From Eledone cirrhosa (Eukaryota): a stretch of DNA of 64,000 nucleotides. Positions 59,431 to 64,000 of the stretch are shown piece by piece. Position 1 is the first letter of the stretch, and each line of letters begins with the position of its first letter. The notes beneath the pieces are model-generated. The model worked only from the letters and a program-made list of their open reading frames with translations, did not search any database and was not told the origin of the DNA. The stretch lies in assembly GCA_964016885.1 (NCBI GenBank), contig OZ024741.1, forward strand, positions 930,001 through 994,000, given 5' to 3'. The translations under genes and the position numbers were made by a program.

Positions 59431-59931
59431 TATATTTTACGTTATATTTTGACGTTTAAAGGCATTTTTATGGACTAACCCTCGCTAACATTTATGTGTG
59501 TGTGTGTGTATACATATAGGGAGAGAGGGGCAGAAATAGAGGGAGAGAAAGAGAAAGAGAGCGAGGAAGAGAGAGGCCGAGAGAGAGAGAGAAAGAGAAA
59601 GAGAAAGCTAGATAGATTCTATATTTACTTTTGACGATGATGTGTAAAGTTGTTTGATTTAAAATAACGGCTGCCGCTTACGAGGTTGATGAAAAGGTCA
59701 AGTGAAACCTGCAGGAATTGAACCAACACCAACAAAGTATCAAAAGGTGATATCATTAAATATTTTAAAAGAAGTACTTTGGTGCACACTTGCTTCGCCT
59801 TTTTCAACAAATAAGTCATTTATTAAAATTAATTAAATGGAAAAAAGAACAAAAAAACAAAACAAACTCAAAAGAAAGTGACGGGTATTATATACACTTT
59901 CATGGTTCTATAAGAATCTTATATCATATGT

Positions 59932-60092
59932 AAGGCGGCGAATTAGAAGAATCGTTACAGCGTCGGTTAGAGGGCTTTGCAGTAGTCAGTTTGGTTCTCT
60001 ACTCTCTGAGTTCAAGTCCCGTCCAGTCAATTTTGCCTTTCATCCATTCGAAGTCGATAAAAAAAAGTACCAGTTTAATACTGGAGTCGATT
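59932..60092 (+). mobile_element. Diverged tRNA-derived SINE
   Basis: AAGGCGGCGAATTAG head, GAGTTCAAGTCCC B box, TTTGCCTTTCATCCATTCGAAGTCGATAAA..GTACCAGT body. Confidence 0.85.
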
Positions 60093-60524
60093 CTTCCTCT
60101 ATATCTCTTTCTTACTTCTATTCTCTCACTCTTTAGCCTTATCTGGAAGAAATCTTCTGTATTCAGAGCTGGAGAAGAGAAGGGCTCCAGCAGCTTTAAA
60201 TATGCCCTAGAAACACTGCATGAGCAACTTGAAAATTTGATAGCTATAGGGTTTGATTTCTACGAGGCGCCTCTGTCAATGTTTTCCCTTTTCTAAGAGT
60301 AATTTAGCCATTCTTTGCAATTATTATCTATAGTGATTGATTCTTATTACAGTTATTTTTAGCGTTTTGGATTCTCACATTTTCAAATTTCAAACACTCC
60401 CAGCACTTCGATAATTTATAAGGTTTCTTTATAAATATGTTGTAATTTTCCTTTGACATTCCCTGATACACTCAACTAAGTAATTGTTTGCCTTCCTTCT
60501 CTGATAAACAGTTAAAATATTAGT

Positions 60525-60843
60525 CACCCCTGCCACAAATCCATCCTGATGTCCAACAAGATGGCTGATATGGGGATCGAGACAGTCCCTCATCCCCCCA
60601 GACTTATGGATGTTCCCGAAGTTGAACGAGAAGCTCAGGTGTATCCGCTTTGAGAATGTGAAGTTGAAGAAGGTTGTGATGACAAGCGCCCTCGACTCCT
60701 TCACTTTGGAGGTGGCTGGAGCGCTGAGTAAGTGCATTGAAGATGGAGGATCTTACTTTAAGGGAGACTAGAGTTTTGCGTTGATCTGAGTTAGATAAAT
60801 GTCTCTCTGATAAGTCTCAAAACCTCTTTAGTGTACCTGGTGT
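60525..60843 (+). mobile_element. Mariner transposase C-terminal remnant with degraded right TIR
   Basis: Manual translation HKSILMSNKMADMGIETVPHPP-DLWMFPKLNEKLRCIRFE..ALDSFTLE / WLER / KCIEDGGSYFKGD* (stop 60769-60771). Matches the mariner PHPPYSPDL..DF..F..LK..L...RF and C....G.YF motifs, with deletions. Confidence 0.85.
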
Positions 60844-61069
60844 GTCCCTCTACATGCTCAAATTCACAAACTTGAGTCCATGTCAGCAACTAGCTAACGA
60901 ACCCCTTTATAGTTGTACCCTTACTATCTTATGGAACGAAAGACGCACATTATGTCTGAAAAGATGGCTATATTAAAGCCCTTGATCATAAGTTGACTTG
61001 ATGAAGGATGACATTGGGCTAAACAACTAACCAACCAGTTAACCAGCCAGCTAACCATTAAGAACGACT

Positions 61070-61790
61070 TTTCTCCTTCTGGGATCGATAAAATAAAGTC
61101 TTTGTCTAGCAATGAGGCCGATTTTAATCAATTATATTTTCCTTTATTTGACCACGTGCCACTTTTCTCGGCTCTCATTTTTATCCTCCCACGCTCGATA
61201 AAATAAAAACCAGTTATGTACTAGCATCAATTAATTGACTCCTAAGAGAGGGTTCTGAACAGAGAAATTAATTTTAACTTTAAAATTGACAGTCCATTGC
61301 CTCCCAACTCTTTGGTGATGGTGGTGGTGCTACTACTGGTGGTGGTGATGGTGGTGGTGGTGGTTGTGGTGTTGTTGTTGTTGTTGTTGTTGGTGGTGGT
61401 AGTGGCTTTGGTGATGGTGGCGATGGTGGTGGTGGTGTTGATGGTAGGAGGAGATAACCAAATGCTACAATATATGATATATATAACGATTGTGTTCTTA
61501 TAGATGTTGTTGTAACTGTCTTGTGTTCAGCTTCGCCTTTCAGTCTTTCGAGGTCACTAAATATTGTTACTGTCCAGGAGCGGTGGATTGGAGGAATTGT
61601 TAAAGATTCGGGTAACGGATTAAGTGCACCACCGAAAATATCCTACGGCCTTCCATAAACTTTCCGTCAACTGAATTTTACCCTCCCGATTTTAGTCAAT
61701 CTCCGAAGTTATGGTAGAAGATATTTACCGAAGATGATCGAATCGAAACTATGCGTTTGAGAAGTGAACTGTTTAACCACACAACTACTC
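61070..61790. mobile_element. Old SINE fragments
   Basis: TCGATAAAATAAA body fragments at ~61085 and ~61195, CTTCGCCTTTCAGTCTTTCGAGGTC at ~61530, and a degenerate minus-strand tRNA-like head at ~61650-61790. Confidence 0.5.
61314..61446. repeat. Imperfect (GGT/GTT)n trinucleotide repeat
   Basis: Direct reading. Confidence 0.9.
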
Positions 61791-62322
61791 CTACTTATAA
61801 AGCTATAAGACTTTCTAAGAACGGGCAACTGAAGTAGCAGTAGACCTCATATTAAAGTGAGGGGTAAAGGCAGCATTCTTTCCCTCTCAGTCATTAAACA
61901 ACCAACAGAGAACGATCTTCAATGGTGAAACAATTCAAATCATGGCGGGAGACTTAACTAGTTCACCTGTTTCACGCTCAGGAAAGAGAGCTACACCTCA
62001 TCATCGTGGTGTTGTTGTACCGCTCAATAGAATCGGGTACCGTTGCGACACATACTTAAGAAATGATCCTTAAAAGCATACACACACACACACACACACA
62101 TACATACATACATACATACATACATGATGGCTGCCCCCTCGTTATCGAGTATGGCCATTGCACGAGGAGAAAGAAAAAAAAAAAAATAATAATAATAAAT
62201 AAATAAAAAAAATATATATATATATATATATATATATACGTAGGTCCCGGGTTGAGTCGGGGATAACCACAGTAAGTAAGGTACTCAATACATGGCAGAG
62301 TAAATTTTTATTTTATTTTTTT

Positions 62323-62450
62323 TATTTTATAGAAGGAGCTTCTACAGGACTAGTACTGTTTCATTCAGATGAAATATTCAGGAAGCTCTTCAGCTTCCTG
62401 AAGATTTCATCTGAATGAAACAGTACTAGTCCTGTAGAAGCTCCTTCTAT

Positions 62451-62456
<6 letters not shown>
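62323..62456. repeat. Hairpin palindrome (65-bp arms, 4-nt loop, 1 mismatch) with a hammerhead on each strand
   Basis: Arms 62323-62387 and 62392-62456. + strand AGCTTC-CTGAAGA-T-TTC(ATCT)GAA-T-GAAA-CAGTACTAG-TC-CTGTA-GAAGCT. The mirror copy has core CTGAATA. Confidence 0.93.
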
Positions 62457-62506
<50 letters not shown>

Positions 62507-62523
62507 TATATATATATACATAT

Positions 62524-62556
<33 letters not shown>

Positions 62557-62705
62557 TATATACATACACACATACATTAATAACAATAATAATAATAATA
62601 ATAATAACAACAATAATAATAACGACAACAACAATAATAATATACATATACATATATATATACACACACACGCACACACATAAGCATATCTACACACACA
62701 CACAC
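62454..62705. repeat. Compound (TA)n/(CA)n/(TAA)n microsatellite
   Basis: Direct reading; lies at the 3' end of the LINE. Confidence 0.95.
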
Positions 62706-62713
62706 GATAGCAA

Positions 62714-64000
62714 CTAACAACGCTGCGATCGAATGTGGCCTTTTAGCCCAGCCAATGATCTAAAATGTCTTGCACAGAGTCGGCAACCAAAACATTCACT
62801 GGGAATAGTCGGCTGTGGTTGGAGTTCGTGTACTTTTGCATGTCGCTTGAGCCCTCCTGCTGATTTACATTCTCTACCACATGTTTGGCAAGCATGATGA
62901 GTAGCATCTCCAACAGCAGCCTGGTAGTCAACCACTGGTCTTACTTTATGACTGCGAAGATGATTTTCGAGTCCAGCTTTGCTTAGGCAGAGTCTCGCAC
63001 ATACGCTGCATGTCAGCACCATAGGAGGACCCTCGCCGTCTGGAAGTGCAACAGCAATGCCCTTCCTCACATCCCGCTTTAATTTCTCGTATGCGATTCG
63101 AGATGTCTCAAAGGCAACTTTTCCCTCATATACAGTCTTTCTCTATTTATTACAATCAGCAGCAATATTCTCCCATGTATCAGCAGAGATGTTAGTGTCT
63201 TTCAGAGAGGCTTTCAAGGAATCCTTATACCTCTTTTTGGGTTTATGTGGCGGTCGTTTTCCTTTAACCAACTCTCCATAAAAGAGTTGTTTTGGTATTC
63301 TAGAATCCTTCATCCTGGCAAGGTGACCACTCCAACGGAGTCGTTGCTTAAGCACAAGAGCTTCTATACTGTCACACATAGAGCTTTCCAAAATCTCGAC
63401 ATCACTGATGTGGTCCCTCCAGTGAACGCCATGGATCCGTCTGAGACACATCTGATGGAATCGCTTCAATTGCTTAAGATGGTGTCGATATGTGAGCCAG
63501 GTCCCGCAGGAATAAAGAAGACAAGAGAGCACACATGCCCTGTACACCTTTACCTTTGTCCTCCTGCATATGTCTCGCCGACCCCAGAGTCGCCTTTCTA
63601 GCTTTCCGAAAGCATCACTTGCTTTCCTAATCCTAAGTGAGATTTCACTGTCAAGGTTGCCGTATCGATTGACAGTGCTTCCCAGGTAGACAAACTGATC
63701 AACCACTCCAAGTCGTTTGCCATACACATAGATGTTTGGTTCAGTGTACTGCTTACCAGGGGCAGGTTGGTACATGACGACGGTTTTCTTGAGACTGACA
63801 GTCAGACCTAGGGCAGTGCAAGCGTCAGAAAATGCATTCAAAATGTGCTGCATATCACTCTCTTTGTGCGCTACAAGATCGCAATCATCTGCATACAAGA
63901 GGTCTCTTATGATTGATGTAAATACTTTTGTCTTCGCAGCAAAGCGCCTGATGTTAAATATGCTGCCTGAGGTTCGATATCGGATGTAAACACCATGCTC
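62714..64000 (-). mobile_element. RTE-type non-LTR retrotransposon ORF 3' part (RT C-terminus plus three C2H2-like fingers), one premature stop, runs off the right edge
   Basis: LYADDC, FVYLGS, KVKVYRACVLSCLLY, RLRWSGHLARM..RIPKQLFYGEL. TAG at 63143-63145 is in frame with ORF 62714-63070, which carries CSVC..H..H, CQTC..H..H and CRLC..H. Confidence 0.92.

Noticed and set aside
60429-60737. 102-aa minus-strand ORF
   Set aside because: It is the antisense shadow of the + strand mariner transposase remnant.

Overview
Eukaryotic, gene-free, repeat-dominated window. The tRNA-derived SINEs resemble octopod cephalopod families from memory; this was not checked by search. Bases 1-43495 are one giant GT-rich minisatellite built from GTT/GGT/ATT triplets (core GGTGTTATTGTTGTTGTT). 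It has kilobase-scale higher-order duplications and an embedded 42-bp satellite at ~9256-9950. All long ORFs there are by-products of the repeat. The minus-strand frame is mucin-like (TTTITP) but is broken by amplified frameshifts and TAA stops. Bases 43.5-64 kb are a mosaic of decayed mobile elements among (AT)n tracts: three Penelope-like elements (PLEs, one Naiad/Chlamys-like), SINEs (one with an 18-bp TSD), a mariner transposase remnant and an RTE-type LINE with three C-terminal C2H2-like fingers. The main unexplained signal is about a dozen minimal type I hammerhead ribozyme (HHR) motifs of several unrelated families within ~18 kb. They include a tandem pair 388 nt apart (retrozyme/circRNA-like), a U3-A8 core variant, atypical cores and HHRs in or beside long foldbacks. 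Several different elements also share one short terminal motif. All RNA structures were folded by eye and none has been tested.
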